Assembly (NCBI RefSeq): GCF_000002075.1
Contig: NW_004797676.1
Span: forward strand, 505,853 to 569,852
Origin: Aplysia californica
Lineage: Eukaryota
DNA length: 64,000 nt
Reading direction: 5' to 3'
Part shown: piece after piece, positions 1 through 13,200 of the stretch
How the letters are laid out: each line of letters begins with the position of its first letter
Numbering within the stretch: the first letter of the stretch is position 1
The notes under the pieces: generated by a model
What the model was told of the DNA's origin: nothing
The model's database searches: none
Seen by the model: only the letters and a program-made list of their open reading frames with translations
Translations under genes and position numbers: made by a program

Positions 1-424
1 ACCCCCACTCCTAAAAAATTTATACGTGATTATAATTTATAACATTCTGCAATGTAGATTTAAATGTCTTGTCAACACTGAACTGACTTAATTACTGCTT
101 TGCTTTTAGGCATAGATCTAGATCTAGATATCTAGATTTTTTAGATCTACTTACTTCTATTGCCTCTCAATACTTTTCAACAGTGCCATGGACCATGGAT
201 GGATGGTTGACGGTTGGATCAAGTGACTTGAATTTGTCGATACTATTTATTAAATGAACCCAAACCCCACTTAGCCCACTATCTAGCCTATACTTTTTGA
301 CTCAAGATCTAATATCTAGATCTAGATCTAGAACTAGATCTAGGCCTACTGACCTACTCAGTGACTTGCAATTATGTTTTTTTGTAAGTATGCCACCTCT
401 ATAGTGAAAGGCCACCTCTATGGA

Positions 425-1310
425 GTCTATTCTCACCCCGGGTGAGAATAGCGCAGACGAGTCTTTTGGCTATTCTCACCCGGTGTGCGTTCACCATGTT
501 TTTAGCCTTGGCCAACCAGTGTAGCGTTCACCCTGAATCACAGGATTCTACACCGACACCGTGATAACAGAACTGTAAAATACTGTGCCGTGAACAAATG
601 TTCAATTACTACTGTTAGCCTAAATGCGTGCAATTTCGTCTGTGGGCAGTGGAGACGAGAGAGAGAGGAGTAGGCCTATGGCCCATGGCGAGAACTTCCG
701 GGCAAAATAAAATGACGACCCGCGTAGTTCGGCTCGATTCGAAAAGTCAAATAGCATTAGTAGCATCTTTGTAGATGACCAAATTAATTTACTTTTTTGT
801 GTTTTAATATCATTTTTTAACTTTGCTTTGGTCAATTTGATCGTCCACACCAATTCAGAAAGAGACAGAGAGAGAGAGGGGAGGAGTAGATCTTGCGAGA
901 ACTTCCAGGCAAAACAAAATGGCGACCCACCTAGTTTGGCGCGATTTGAAAAGTGAAATAGCCATAGCGTCTATACTGACGATCAAATTATAATCTTACT
1001 TTTGTGCTATAACGTCATTTTTTCTTAGCTTTTTATCAATTTGATCATCCACACCGATAGACAGTATTCCGAAATGAGGAAAAACATGTCTTGTTTCACA
1101 CCGGGTGAGAATAGCCAACGCTGGCAAGTCTCAACCAGGGTGAGAGGTCGATTGTCTTTTTATTCTCACCCCGGGTGAGGATAGCCACTTCCATACTAAA
1201 AATAGCACAGGCAAGCCTTATGGCTATTCTCACCCGGTGTGCATTCACCGTGATAGGCCACCAGTCTTGCGTTCACCGTGATCAAACATTCCAGCGCTCT
1301 TGTGTTGAAA
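425..1310. repeat. Palindrome-bounded repeat with two ~215-bp internal tandem units (partial second copy ~2915-3440)
   Basis: CTATTCTCACCC(C)GGGTGAGAATAG palindromes. The unit GGCGACC..GTAGTT.GGCTCGATTCGAAAAGTGAAATAGC occurs at ~715, ~920, ~3025 and ~3225. Confidence 0.7.
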
Positions 1311-1323
1311 GCGTGCTATTATC

Positions 1324-2905
1324 GGGAGGACTTCCGAAACGAGCGACCACTTGAGGGGTAGGGGAAGGGCTAGGGTTATGGAAGGACTTCTGTAACGACT
1401 GACCACTCCAACCTACGCAATAAAGAAGGGACTTTTGAGTTGACTATGTAAAAGACAGGACAGGGTTTAGTATTTGGTTGGACAATAAAGAAAGTAAAAC
1501 TGCTTTCGTATTTCCTTGTGTTCTCTTGCCTTCCACTGTCTGTCTACCTGGAATGTATATTATTATATTATTAGTTAGTTAATGTTAACATCTATCTGAA
1601 AAACATACATAATATGACATGATTGGAAAAATCCATATTTCGATGTGACCGTGATTCGAACCTGTGAGTGAGAGAAGCAAACATGATTAGTAATCCAAAA
1701 ACGTACCACTATGCCTATGCCACTAGGCTGTTGACACAAAAAGGTTTAAAAAATTCTTAAGAACCTACTCAAGTTTAAGTGGGAGTGTATCACCTTTAAA
1801 AATTACCAAAACGCAATTATTTTATTTCAGGATTTTGCTGAGGTTCCGTCGCAAAATTACGACAGCTGATGCGATTGGCTTTAAAAAAAATATTTTAAAA
1901 AGTACATTTCTGAGTCGAGTCTACGTAATTTGCATAAAAGGGGGGACCTTCATTGTTTGAGTTGCCACTGGACAAACGGGGATTTCTCCTTACCGGCCTA
2001 CCTTTATTTCGTTTTTTTAGTACGCCCGTGTCGCTGTAGGGGATGAAGAGAAAAATTAACCAATTTATTATAGCCATTTCATTTCACACATATTTTGAAC
2101 GAGAGAAAAAAAAAGAAGAAGAACTTAAAAAACTAATTCTGTGGCAACCAATCGCGACCTCAGTGCTTTCTTGTTCCACCTCCATTTTATAATTTTATCT
2201 ATTGCTATCCCTACCACTACCTTTACCTTTACCCCTAACCCTTACACTACCCCCTACCCCTACCCCTACCCCGACCCTCACCCTACACCTATACCTACCC
2301 CAACCCTAACCCTACCCCAAACCATACCCCTAATAAACCCTACCCCAAACCATACCCTTTATAAACCCTACCCCTAACCCTACCGTTAATCCTACCCCTA
2401 CCCCCTACCCTTGAACTTACCTCTACCCATAATTACCCTAAATCTACCCCTAACCCTACCCTGGATTAACCCTAACCCTAACCATAGCCCTACCGCTAAC
2501 CATACCCTTAACCCAAGCCTAACCCTAACTCTTAAATCGCAGTTCTACCCTGTTTCATAGTGGTCGCTCGTTACTGCTTTAATAATAATGTGTTTTATGG
2601 GAGGACTAGTCTAGATGAGAATTTGGTTACTAAACAAACCGACGAAAACCTGGCAAACCAGGGTTCCCAAACAGCGGAAGTAAATAAAATCTGCAGGGTT
2701 AACAATGGCCGCATCTAGACGAAAGTCTACTAATCCCCGACTCAGATCTTCAAAACTTTGAAATGGGCCTAAAAATATGTAAACTGCCGTAAGTTTGTCG
2801 TGATCAGGTGGTACAACAGTGGCTTTCGGTCTTCCATCATGATTTTGATGGCCATTGAGTATAATCTAAATTTTATAGTGGTCGCTCGTTACGGAAGTCC
2901 TCTCC
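1324..2905. mobile_element. TIR element carrying degenerate telomere-like repeats
   Basis: GAGGACTTCCGAAACGAGCGACCACT vs AGTGGTCGCTCGTTACGGAAGTCCTC (1 mismatch in 26); CCCTAA/CCCTAC array at ~2209-2530. Confidence 0.7.
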
Positions 2906-4590
2906 AATATTTTATCTATGGGCAGTGAGAGAGAAAGAGGGGGGGGGGGGGGGGGGGGAGGGGGGGGGGGGGGGGGGGGGGAGAAGGAGTAGATCTAGCG
3001 AGATCTTCCGGGCAAAACAAAGTGGCGACCCACGTAGTTTGGCTCGATTCGAAAAGTGAAATAGCCATGACATCTCTGTAAACGGCTAAATTAGTTTACT
3101 TTTGTGCTATAACATTATTTTTTTCTTTGTTTTTTGTCAATTTGATTGTCCACACCGATAGACAGTATTCAGAGAGAGAGAGAAGGGGTAGATCTGGCGA
3201 GAACCTATCGAGAAAAACAGAATGGCGACCCGCGTAGTTCGGCTCGATTCGAAAAGTGAAATAGCCATAGCATCTCTGTAAACGATCAAATTAGTTTACT
3301 TTTGTGCTGTAACATCATTTTTTTCTTTGTTTTTGTCAATTCGATCATCCACACCGATAGAAAGTATTAAGAAATGAGGAAAAAGCCGGTCTTGTTTCTC
3401 ACTGGGTGAGAATAGCCAACATTGGCAAGTCTCACCCTACTAATAGATGTCTAGTAGAATAGTACTGAACCTCAGATAAGGTAAACACTCTTCTGGACCC
3501 AAAGAGTTCACTTTAAGCGGACTCCACTGTACACACTAACTTTGCACCAGCATATTTTATTCCCACTTGTGTATTAATTATGCATACAGTCAGCGACATT
3601 TATGATTTTACTTTTGTCAGCAGCCACAACTACACCCCTGTGAGTAACATACTTTGCATAGAGACACAGAAATTTTGGAAAGGTCAAAAACAGCCTCAGG
3701 CATACACCACTCACCTCTGCAACGATCAATACCAAAAAATGTAAATTTTTATGGAATTTTTTTTCGCTGATGGCTTAATAAATCAACGAAGACATGGACA
3801 TGACAAGAAAGTAAAATGGTTCCATCATGAATAACACTAGACTTTCAGTGGAATTTCATTGTCCAAATAATATTTGACAGTAACACTTAGTAAGGCAAAA
3901 TGAAAATATCTATTTTACCAGTTAAGTTTGTCAGTTTCAAGAAAACTGGCAAAGTTTGGTGATTTTCAAAGCTTGAGACAAGAGTTCTTGAAACTGTAAA
4001 TTTACCATTTTTGTGACTTTAATTTTAATCGTTTTTCAATGTGCCTAAGCCACACCGCACCTTGTTTTTAAATGGACATAGATCTTAACTCTGGAAGCAC
4101 GCAGGCCCTATATTTTATGTCCACCCCAGTTTTTGTTTAGTAAATTGTGATCTAAAATATGGAATCTTAGCCGAATGTAGACCTTCAGAGTGAATCAGAG
4201 CTGGGTCTTAGGAGTGACTTTAGTGTAGTATAAATTCTGCTTTCTGAAAACAGCGGGGTTTTAGGCGAACCAGGATCGTAAGCGGTGGGCTCTTTTGTGG
4301 AGACTACTGTACTAAATTCCTGGATGTATTAAAGTCCCCCTATCCCTGCCTTTGTTGTGCTTTTTGTCTCTTGTTTTCTTTCCCTTATTTATTATAAATC
4401 GAGTAGTTCCCCTCTTTTAACTTTGTTGAATGATGGTTCTTTCCTCTCTCACCCAGTTCTTTACAATACATTTGATCTGTATCTTGACTAAGAGTATAAC
4501 CAGAGACCATATTTTGACGTTGATTCTGATCTCCTAGTTAGGTTTCTTTTTGCTAATATTTTCAAGCACATTATTCATTTTTATTCCCAG

Positions 4591-7500
4591 GTTGACTCGA
4601 TCCTTGAGCAACGAAAAAGGAAAGGGGTTTTAGAATATTTGGTGCGTTGGAAAGATGCTGACGCAGGAGAAGACACTTCATGGGAACCTGCAGACTCAAT
4701 AATTGCTGACTGTGCTCAAGCTGTCAAAAGCTTCTTGAAAGCGAAAAGTGCTAAGGTAGGTATGGTTACACAATACATGTTATCTATGCTGTCCCCATCC
4801 CATCCCCTTTTTTAAAAACAATGTTCATAACTTGGCTCTTTAGCTAAGCAGATTTTGTGCTGCACATTAATAATAAAATAATTTGATGGCATCTTTTGTG
4901 TATTTATTTTTACTAATATTCTAGTCTCACATCTGTCTTTTTCTTGACACTAATATGGTCACTAAGCTCTATGTTCTTTACTCTGCAAACTTTCTTCTAC
5001 GGTACAAACAACTAAAGCTGTTATTTAATTTCAGCTTTAAAAGTTTATAATTATAATCATCTCAGCTTGAAAGGAAAATCATGTGTGTGCATCACCTTAG
5101 GAAGTATCTGTAGTTTCTTGAGAAATTTGTCATCATGCGTTTTCACTTTTGCAATATTTTGTATTTTCTTATTTGAAGTTGTATGTTCTGAAAGAAATTC
5201 AAAATTTATTTTTAAAGGTGGGACTTAGCTTTTTTGCAAGTCTGTCAGGGGTTGTTTTGTCTCCAGTTGTCAATACAAAGTGCTAATATATCTATGTACG
5301 GTATCTTGTCTTTTCATTGATCAGAGGTCGTCGTCAAGATCAAGAAAGTCTTCTCGTTCAAGGTCAAGATCTTCATCCCGAAGTCGCAAGGCGACAACGA
5401 AAAAAGAAACAACGAAAACAGCTGTTAGGAGGTCCTCAAGGTCCCGATCAAAAGGCAGATTGTCCAAAACGTCCACAGAGGAAAAGAAAGACGTTGAAGA
5501 GGTCAAAGAGAAGGCCCCTGTAAAAGAGAAAAGTCCTGAAAAAGTAACCGTCGTTGCAAATAATTCTTCCTCCACTGTGGTTGCAAGTGTTTCTACTAGC
5601 AGCACTACTACTCAAAGTGCTATGGCAGAAAAGGTATGGAAATAGTCACTATGTGTTGTATACTGAAGATTTGTGAAAATGCTTTTAGAAGTATACTGAC
5701 ACATGTATGGTTTGTCAGTTTTGTTGCTTAAATTTTTTAGTTATAAATATTGTACGGTCTAAGAAAAAAAAGTTGTTTTTGTTTGTGTATTTATTTAAAG
5801 TTTTTTTAGTTGTTTTTTTTTTTTTCCCTAATGGTTTGTTTTTGTGTTTCTTCCAGAAACGTTCAGCGAGTCCGGAGCAGGGTCGAGTGCTGAGGTCATC
5901 TACAGTGGCAGCCAGAGAGAAGTTGGAGGTTCAACGTGTACACAACGAGCAGCGACCAGTACGGGAAGACGACAACCAACCCCGCAGTGCTGTTTGGAGG
6001 GTGGCAGACTATGCTGTCATTGTTCTGTTCATCATCTCTGTCATCGCTGCTATCTTCCTGTTTGTTGAGAAGTTTGTCGAGTAAGTTCTGAAAAACAACT
6101 TATTTATGACATTACTCATCATCTATACAGATGTTTCATAATGATGACTGTTTCAACTCCTCTGGCCAACCCATCAGTGCATTAGTATTGCACTTTACAT
6201 CATGTTTGAATCAGTTTTTGAGCTGTGTAAAGTGTACATACATTTTTCCTTTACTTCAGTATTTAATTAGTATTTAGCGGTGGTTAAGAAGATTTTATGT
6301 TACACTCTATACTGTAGTGTACCCCGCATGCGGGGTCACATGCTTTCGGAGTCTCGCGGAAGGATTGATGAAAAATAATTCCAAACTGATTACTTTATTC
6401 TAATAGAAAATGAACTGATTTTTTAATTGATATATTTTTCAAGCCAATATTTTACATATTTTGTGTAAAAAGTGATCTTGAAACATTTTTACTGTAATTT
6501 TAAAAGCTTTCTATTTAGACGCCAACGGTCAAATATATACCACAGGAAAGCCTGTTTAAAGCTGTACAGTTCTCCGCCAATGAAAAGACGGTATTTAATC
6601 ATTCCTCGTTATGCGAAGCATTTGAATGCACGCGTGTCAATTTTTCAGCCAGCCGACCATGCATTCCGACCACGAGGGGCTTCGCTTTCGTCGGCGATCC
6701 TCCAGCTCCTAATAATGGGACATAAAAACAACTTACACCATTGTAACGAGGAAAAGCTGAACTTTTACAAGGTGTACGGCATTTGGTGTTTTATAGCGAA
6801 AGAGAAAAGAAACAGCGATCAGAATTACCCTGATTTCACTGATGCCACCCTGTCGGAAGGCCGCGGGGCCGTGTTTACGCTACCTAAATAAAGTCGTGGG
6901 CTTAGAATTATTTTGCATCAATCTTTATGCGAAACTCGGAAAGCATGTGATCCCCCTCGCGGGGAGACATAATTATGTGGGGCCGACCGGGTTAACGCTC
7001 GGTGTTTTTGTCGAAATAACGACTAATCATCGTGTTTGGGGCAATAAAATACTGATTTGTAATGATCTTACAGTCTTGAAAAAAATTAGGCTCCATATCT
7101 ATGTATAGTGATTGTACTCTGTTAATGTAGAGATGTTTGGTGTACTTAATACACTTTTGTTGTCTGTCAAACATGAGGTTGCAGCCAGTTAGCAATTAAG
7201 CAATATTTGATCAAATTTAAAACAGCTGCCATTTTCTTAAAAATTTACTGAGAGGTAACAGAATGGTACCAAAATTCCCTAGAGACTTCGGCCTTTCATA
7301 TGGAACAAATAAATTTGGCATACTGCTGCTTTGAAAATTTAGTTTCTGGTACCTACTATTCTTATTCAAAGCACAATGGTACTGGTGAGGTTTTTTTCTG
7401 TGAACAAGGGAGGTTTACTTTTAGTTATGTAGAATACTTTGTTTGCTTGTAAATTGTCGTACATGAGTGTTCTTTCCATCTCAGACCTGGCCTTTTGGTT

Positions 7501-8222
7501 CTGCTGGTCCAGTAGTGAACATGTGATGAATAGAAAGTGAAAGATATTTTTTATTGGCATGCATGTCCCACATTTTCTGTATTCTTTTGAAGATTATTCT
7601 AAGTTAAGGGTGAGTTGGACTGTCAATAAATCTCATTATATCTGCACTAACCAAAATATACATTTTTTTTTATTAATGTAAAAAAATTGAGAAGAGTATT
7701 TGTGCTCCTGGTTGCCCCAGCTGTCTTGGTTTGGAATAGTATGGGCCAAAGGAGTTGAGATGTCAACGGTCATGCAGAGAGACAACATCCTTATTCTTTA
7801 AAGTTACCCATATTTCTGACATTAGCTGTTATGCTGTCAGTATGGATTTTATAATTTTCTCCCATTTCCATACTTCATACTGGCTGGGATTATGAATGGT
7901 AGAGTTTGTTCACACTTAATTTGTGTTTCCTTTTAGTGTAGGATTTTGGGGTAGTAAAAGGTAATGTGTGTCAAGCGGTGAAAGAAGATTTTGGCAACCT
8001 TTTTGTAAACAATATTTCTTTTTTGTCTGCAGTTTGGAGGACTTCAAGAAACAAGCATTCCCCAACATGAATGTCTTGAAGGCCCGTCTCATTGCAGCTC
8101 AGCAGAACCTGGTGGAGGTGGTGCAGACCCTTGTGGCCCGCGTCTCCCAGGTCTGGCTACACATCGTTGACTCGGACAGCGCTGGACATGCCCCACAGCA
8201 GTCAGTACCCACCAAGCAATAA
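4591..8222 (+). CDS. Chromodomain + RS-rich + single-pass transmembrane protein; 5'-partial, visible exons 4591-4755, 5325-5633, 5857-6080, 8033-8222 (295 aa visible)
   Basis: All junctions are AG/GT with matching phases (0,0,2). Exon 4591-4755 reads VDSILEQRKRKGVLEYLVRWKDADAGEDTSWEPADSI, matching the chromodomain motifs EYLV.W and T/SWEP. The next exon carries RSSSRSRKSSRSRSRSSSRSRK. The third carries the hydrophobic helix YAVIVLFIISVIAAIFLFV. The last ends ...SVPTKQ* at 8220-8222. The start-codon exon was not found and is probably upstream of the window. Confidence 0.85.
6318..6969. mobile_element. MITE in the last intron of the chromodomain gene
   Basis: ~38-bp imperfect TIR: CCCCGCATGCGGGGTCACATGCTTTCGGAGTCTCGC vs GCGAAACTCGGAAAGCATGTGATCCCCCTCGCGGGG. 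Confidence 0.75.
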
Positions 8223-9929
8223 TGTCTGTGTCTTGGTTTTTTAAAAATAATTTAGCAAATTGTATAGACAAGCTGTTCTTGTTGGATTATAATGCATGTT
8301 CTGCAGTGATGTCCAATTATGAATTTATAATGGAAATGAGTCTGAGATGGATGAAGGATCATCGTTTCTAGCACTCGAGAGAACAAAGGACAAGGCTCTG
8401 GTTGTCATGATCAGGTATGGTTTTGCTTACAGGCTTCCAGTTTAATGGTGAAGAGGTTGTGAGATGTTCTACTTGGGATCAAAGATGACCTGCCGAAGCA
8501 CATCAAAAGAGTTTTTTGTATTACCCTTTTTGTTCAGCAGAGACTCTTGAAAGGGCATCAGTACATCAATCAAAGAATTTCTACATGGTTCAGTGTATGA
8601 GAGGATAGTCCCTTGCTTTTGAGTAAGCCATGTAATTGAATTGTTGTCCTATCACATATGAAATACTATGACGCAGCCCGTGTAGCTGGCCAAAGCTCTG
8701 TCTAGGGTACCTTGCTAGACGGATTTGTTAGTTTGTGACCATTCATTCCAATTTGAAGATGACTTAATCCCAAGATGTTCACTTCAATGAGCAAAGAACC
8801 ACATGTTGAAAGATAAAGATGCTTTGTAACAAAGCCAGTACGTGTCCCAGACAGAATTCTTGTTTTCAGTCGGATTTGTGAAATGCTTTACTTTAGTATG
8901 GTGCCCTTTATTGGTTGTGCATTGAGGGCAAAGCTGATAAGTGTGACAGCATCACATGGTGCAAAGATTATGGAGTAATGCCATAGGTTCGTGAATGGTG
9001 AAATGCTTGTATATTTTTTGTATATTTTCTCTAATACTTTGAAATTAGTATGTTAAGAAACGCCTGTAAATGGTTTGGAGCAAGTTAATCCACCTACAGT
9101 ATTTTAGGAAAGAATGTTATGATGCCAACAAATCGCTTTATATGCATAGTAGTATATTTGAGATTTTTTATTGATCTATGCTCTTCAAAAGATGAATAGA
9201 TGAAATATTACTTTGAGGCAGCATTTTAAGAGAGGTATCATGGCTTTAGTTTTAGCATAACATTGTCTCATCAAAGGCAGAACATTTAGGGACATGTCCA
9301 AGAGGATTTCACCTGAAGAGCAGAGAAAAATTGAGAGCCTGACGTGCCGCCGATAGAGAACAAAGTAGTCTATATATGGCTGTCTGCAGACCAGGTTCGT
9401 CCCCGGTTTTGGAAATCCTTAGTTGGCATTCTGTTGCTCCAGTTCAGCAGACCCCTGAATGGAGGTGTATCACTTGGTCTGATTGTATCACTCTGTGTAT
9501 GGCAGTGGTGAAATGTTGATCATTCTATTTTGGAAGGTGTTGTCTTTAATGCATGCATGCAGAATAGCCTTTCATGTTTCTAGTATCATTTATGTGTTTT
9601 GTTATGCGTTGATGCATTTTGTTTCTCATTTTTATCTTCAAGTAGAGCTTCTGTTTGGACTATTTTGCAATTGCTGGCTGTACAACAAATGGGGTTCCCT
9701 GTTTCTGAGCCTGAATTAATTTGATATTTTGTTCAGATACTCACTGATGCACATCGAAACATTGAACAGAAGTCTTTGCCTATGCCCGCAGTGCTCAGAA
9801 GGGCTCATAAGTGTACATTAAGTGAACCTTAGCGAAGAGGGAAAGGAACACTACCATGTCATTAAAAATGTTTTAGTGATTACATACCTCGGTGGGGGGG
9901 GGGTATACGCCTACCCCTGGTCACAAAGC

Positions 9930-10240
9930 TGACACAGCTACTCAGCGTCTTCCGGAGTACACACCTGGTCATGTGTACAATGCCAATGAAACAGGGCTGT
10001 TTTATAAAGGAATCTCTGATCATGGTTATGTCTGCAAAGGTGTTGAGCTGAGTGGTGGAGAAAAGAGCAGAAATACATGATTGCTGTACTGATGTGCACT
10101 AACATGTGGGGACAGGTTAAGTTGTAATTTTTGTTCATTGGAAAAAACACTTGGCCACGTGGCTTTCCAAGTGACTGCTCCGGACTAGTTGTCATCTATT
10201 GCAACTCAGAAAATGCTTCGATGACATGAGACATTCTGAA
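9930..10240 (+). pseudogene. Tigger/TIGD-like DDE transposase relic
   Basis: YTPGHVYNANETGLFYK...SGGEKS, then IAVLMCTNMWGQVKL*FLFIGKNTWPRGF...VIYCNSENASMT*, with stops and a frameshift. Confidence 0.75.
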
Positions 10241-13200
10241 ACCTATTTCTGTGGTAGTTTTTGAACAAGTATGCAATAAGTTTCTCAAGTTCAAGTGTAA
10301 CTGATCTCTTGACTAAATTGTTAAATTTATATATGCATATTTTAATGCTGTATAACAAAAACAACCACGCTTGTTGCACATCATAGGCCTAAGTATTCAA
10401 TCAGTGACCATGTAGAGACCTTCCTTCAAAGGTGTATTTTGAGTGACTAATCGAAACATTTCAAGTCAGTCACCCAATCGTATCTCTCACCCAAACCAAT
10501 GTCCATGGAGAGCTGGTTGGGAAAACACTTTCACTGTGATGCGTGAAAGGCAGTCTTGCCAAATTATATGATTGTCGACACTCGTCTTTGTGAATGATGC
10601 ACACTGCCTCAGTTGTTACAAAAAGTTTCTGCTTGTCAAGCTTTACCTGTCAGTGTGTTTCACGCATTGAGGCTTATGTTTAGGGGAAGTGACCATAGGT
10701 TTGTGTGTCTAAATTATATAAAAACATTTTTTTTTAAAGGTTTCGCTTGAAAGGCTGTACATTTATATGGCATGTGTTCAGGCAGAGACTACTGTAACTT
10801 TCATATGTCTGTAAGTTAAACTACCACTCCAATGTTGAGTTGATGATCGCAGGTGATTCAATCATACTTTATTTACATGTCGTGTACATTGTATGGTCTG
10901 AGTGGGTTTTTTTCATTTTCTGCTTAATTGCTTTACGGAGTTGGTGGTGTATGCTGCTTGCTGGTGGTTGAAAAAGGAGCCACTGGTGGATCCCACTTCT
11001 TTACTGTTCCATCGATATTTTTGTCTGAAATGCTTGGTTTTTCTCAGATAGTCGATTTTGGGCCCATGTGCTTCTCTTTTACTAAAACATTGTGTTACTT
11101 TTTGGCTCTGAGTCACATATAATAATTAGGCTGCAGTCTTCTGTTATTAAGAATGAACATTATAAATTATAATAATTTTTTTTCTGTACATGACCAGATT
11201 CGCCGATTGATGTGTGTCTGGTTTGTATTATAATTATAACAAAATTAACATTACCTGATGCTAGGACCAAGCTCAGTTTCCTATGACCTTTTTTTTTCAG
11301 TTGTAGTTGTAGGTAGATGTTACAACAATAAAGATGGGTTGTTTTTTTTTGTACATTCCTGATATGTTTCAAAATCAAATTGTGTACATGTGAAGGACAT
11401 AGAGAATCTAAGAATTTTCTAGACTAGTTTTTTAAATTAAAAAAAAAAGAATTTTAGTTAACTCCATAATAAATTCAACAGTGTCATTACTTTGAAATTT
11501 TTTGTTTGTTCTTTCACAATCTTTGCATTCTGTTTCTTGTTTAAATTAGAAATATTGAAACTTTTGTCAAATTGTCTCCTGTCACTGCCTATTACTATTA
11601 CATTACGTTTTCTGTCTTAATGTTTTGTCTATAGTTGGCCTGTAAATTTTATATGCCCCTGTTGTCTGTTATAATAGTTCTGCTTTTTTCCTGCACTGTA
11701 TAACTGAATTTAGTTATCATATCAAAATCTGCATGATGTAGCTGGTCTTGTGAAACCTATACTGGTACTTTATTGATATATATAACATATTTTGTACTCC
11801 CATCTATCTTTGTGTTTGACAATCTCAAGGATTAGGATGCCAGTTGTGTCGGTGACATTGTCTCCCATGTTGTGCCCTGACTCTTGACTGGATTTAAGTT
11901 GTTTATAAATGGAAACATCTGTTGTCATACTCTTGCAGAGTCAGAGCTATGAGAGGATCAGTTTTTTATGGGTTTTGCCTCATAATGAGTCATACTCATA
12001 AAATGAGTTACAAATTCTGAACCAGTTCAGGTTGTTTAATTCTAATACTATCCAGTGTAACGTTAGTATGTTCTACTCTGGAGTTCACTGGCAGGGTGTT
12101 GCTACACTACTGCTGCATGGCAGGGGATTTCTCTTTCAGAGCTTTATTGACTGTGTCATTTTTTTTGTTTCCTTCTGGCTAGTTTTAGCTTGACATGATA
12201 AGTAAAAATGGCAAACATGAGAGCTCGTATCTCATCTTCTTTTCTACCCATTGCTAGTCCCACAAAACACTTTTCTGCTCATGTTATCTCACAGCAAAAT
12301 GTTTCAAATGACAGTCCTCAGGCATTTCATTACCAGTATTGGTGGCAAGTATTATTCCTTGCCATGACTGTCTTTTTGTTTGTGGAGAGAGGACAGAGCA
12401 TTGTGTGTTTCTGATGATTTGTCTTTTTTCCAAATGTTCAAAGCTAAACATTGTAGTTTGGTCATGATGAAAGCCAAATAATTTTCTAATTCATTTTTTA
12501 TCTAAAATAAACACTGTATTATCACAGACAGCTGGAGAAATTTGATGATGTTGACTTGAGTTCTTTGATTTCTTATATATTGCAATTCCCTTTCTGAATG
12601 TCCATTTACATAATATACAGTCTGACCAGCACAAACCACAGAAAACTCGAAATCAGGGTTAGCTCGTACATTTTGCCTTTCACTGACTTTAAATTTTCCC
12701 CAAAATATGGACAAGTTGGACACATTTGAGTTATTCGTGCTCAACTGGTTGAAAGAAGACAGGTCTGCCTCATTTTTTACTCTTTTCAAAGGTTCATGGG
12801 CTGATTTTGATTTTTTACAAAAAATGCCAATTGAAATTTTAGAGTGGAAATTGAGTCCTGCCTAAATCATTCCATTCTCAAATGAACACATTACTTTTTG
12901 ACACTCACTCACCAATGTCTTTTCTGCAAAGACCATACGTTTCTATAGTAGGCCTACTTGCTTTTACTTTTAGCATCATACAATCATGACTATGTAACCA
13001 ACACAGGTTAGACAGATCATGCCTGCCTCCCTTCTTGTGTAATCACCTCCCGATCTATACCTTCACGTTCAAAGAATCCCATGCACACAAACATGATTCA
13101 CACACGTTAGTACCATACAGCCCAATGTAAGGCCACTCTCTGTCTGTCTTCAATCACACCCCACTACCCAACCTCACAGATTCACAAAACTAAAAAATTC

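Noticed and set aside
2141-2377. Pro/Thr/Tyr-rich ORF
   Set aside because: It is a translation of the CCCTAA/CCCTAC repeat array.
640-3375. CRISPR-like or regularly spaced repeat array
   Set aside because: Eukaryotic context; the units are long degenerate tandem copies with no unique spacers.
8033-8222. KASH domain at the C-terminus of the chromo-TM protein
   Set aside because: The post-TM tail is ~65 aa and ends SVPTKQ, not a short tail ending in PPPX.
4591-8222. Calling the gene LBR or HP1
   Set aside because: There is no multipass sterol reductase domain and no chromoshadow domain.
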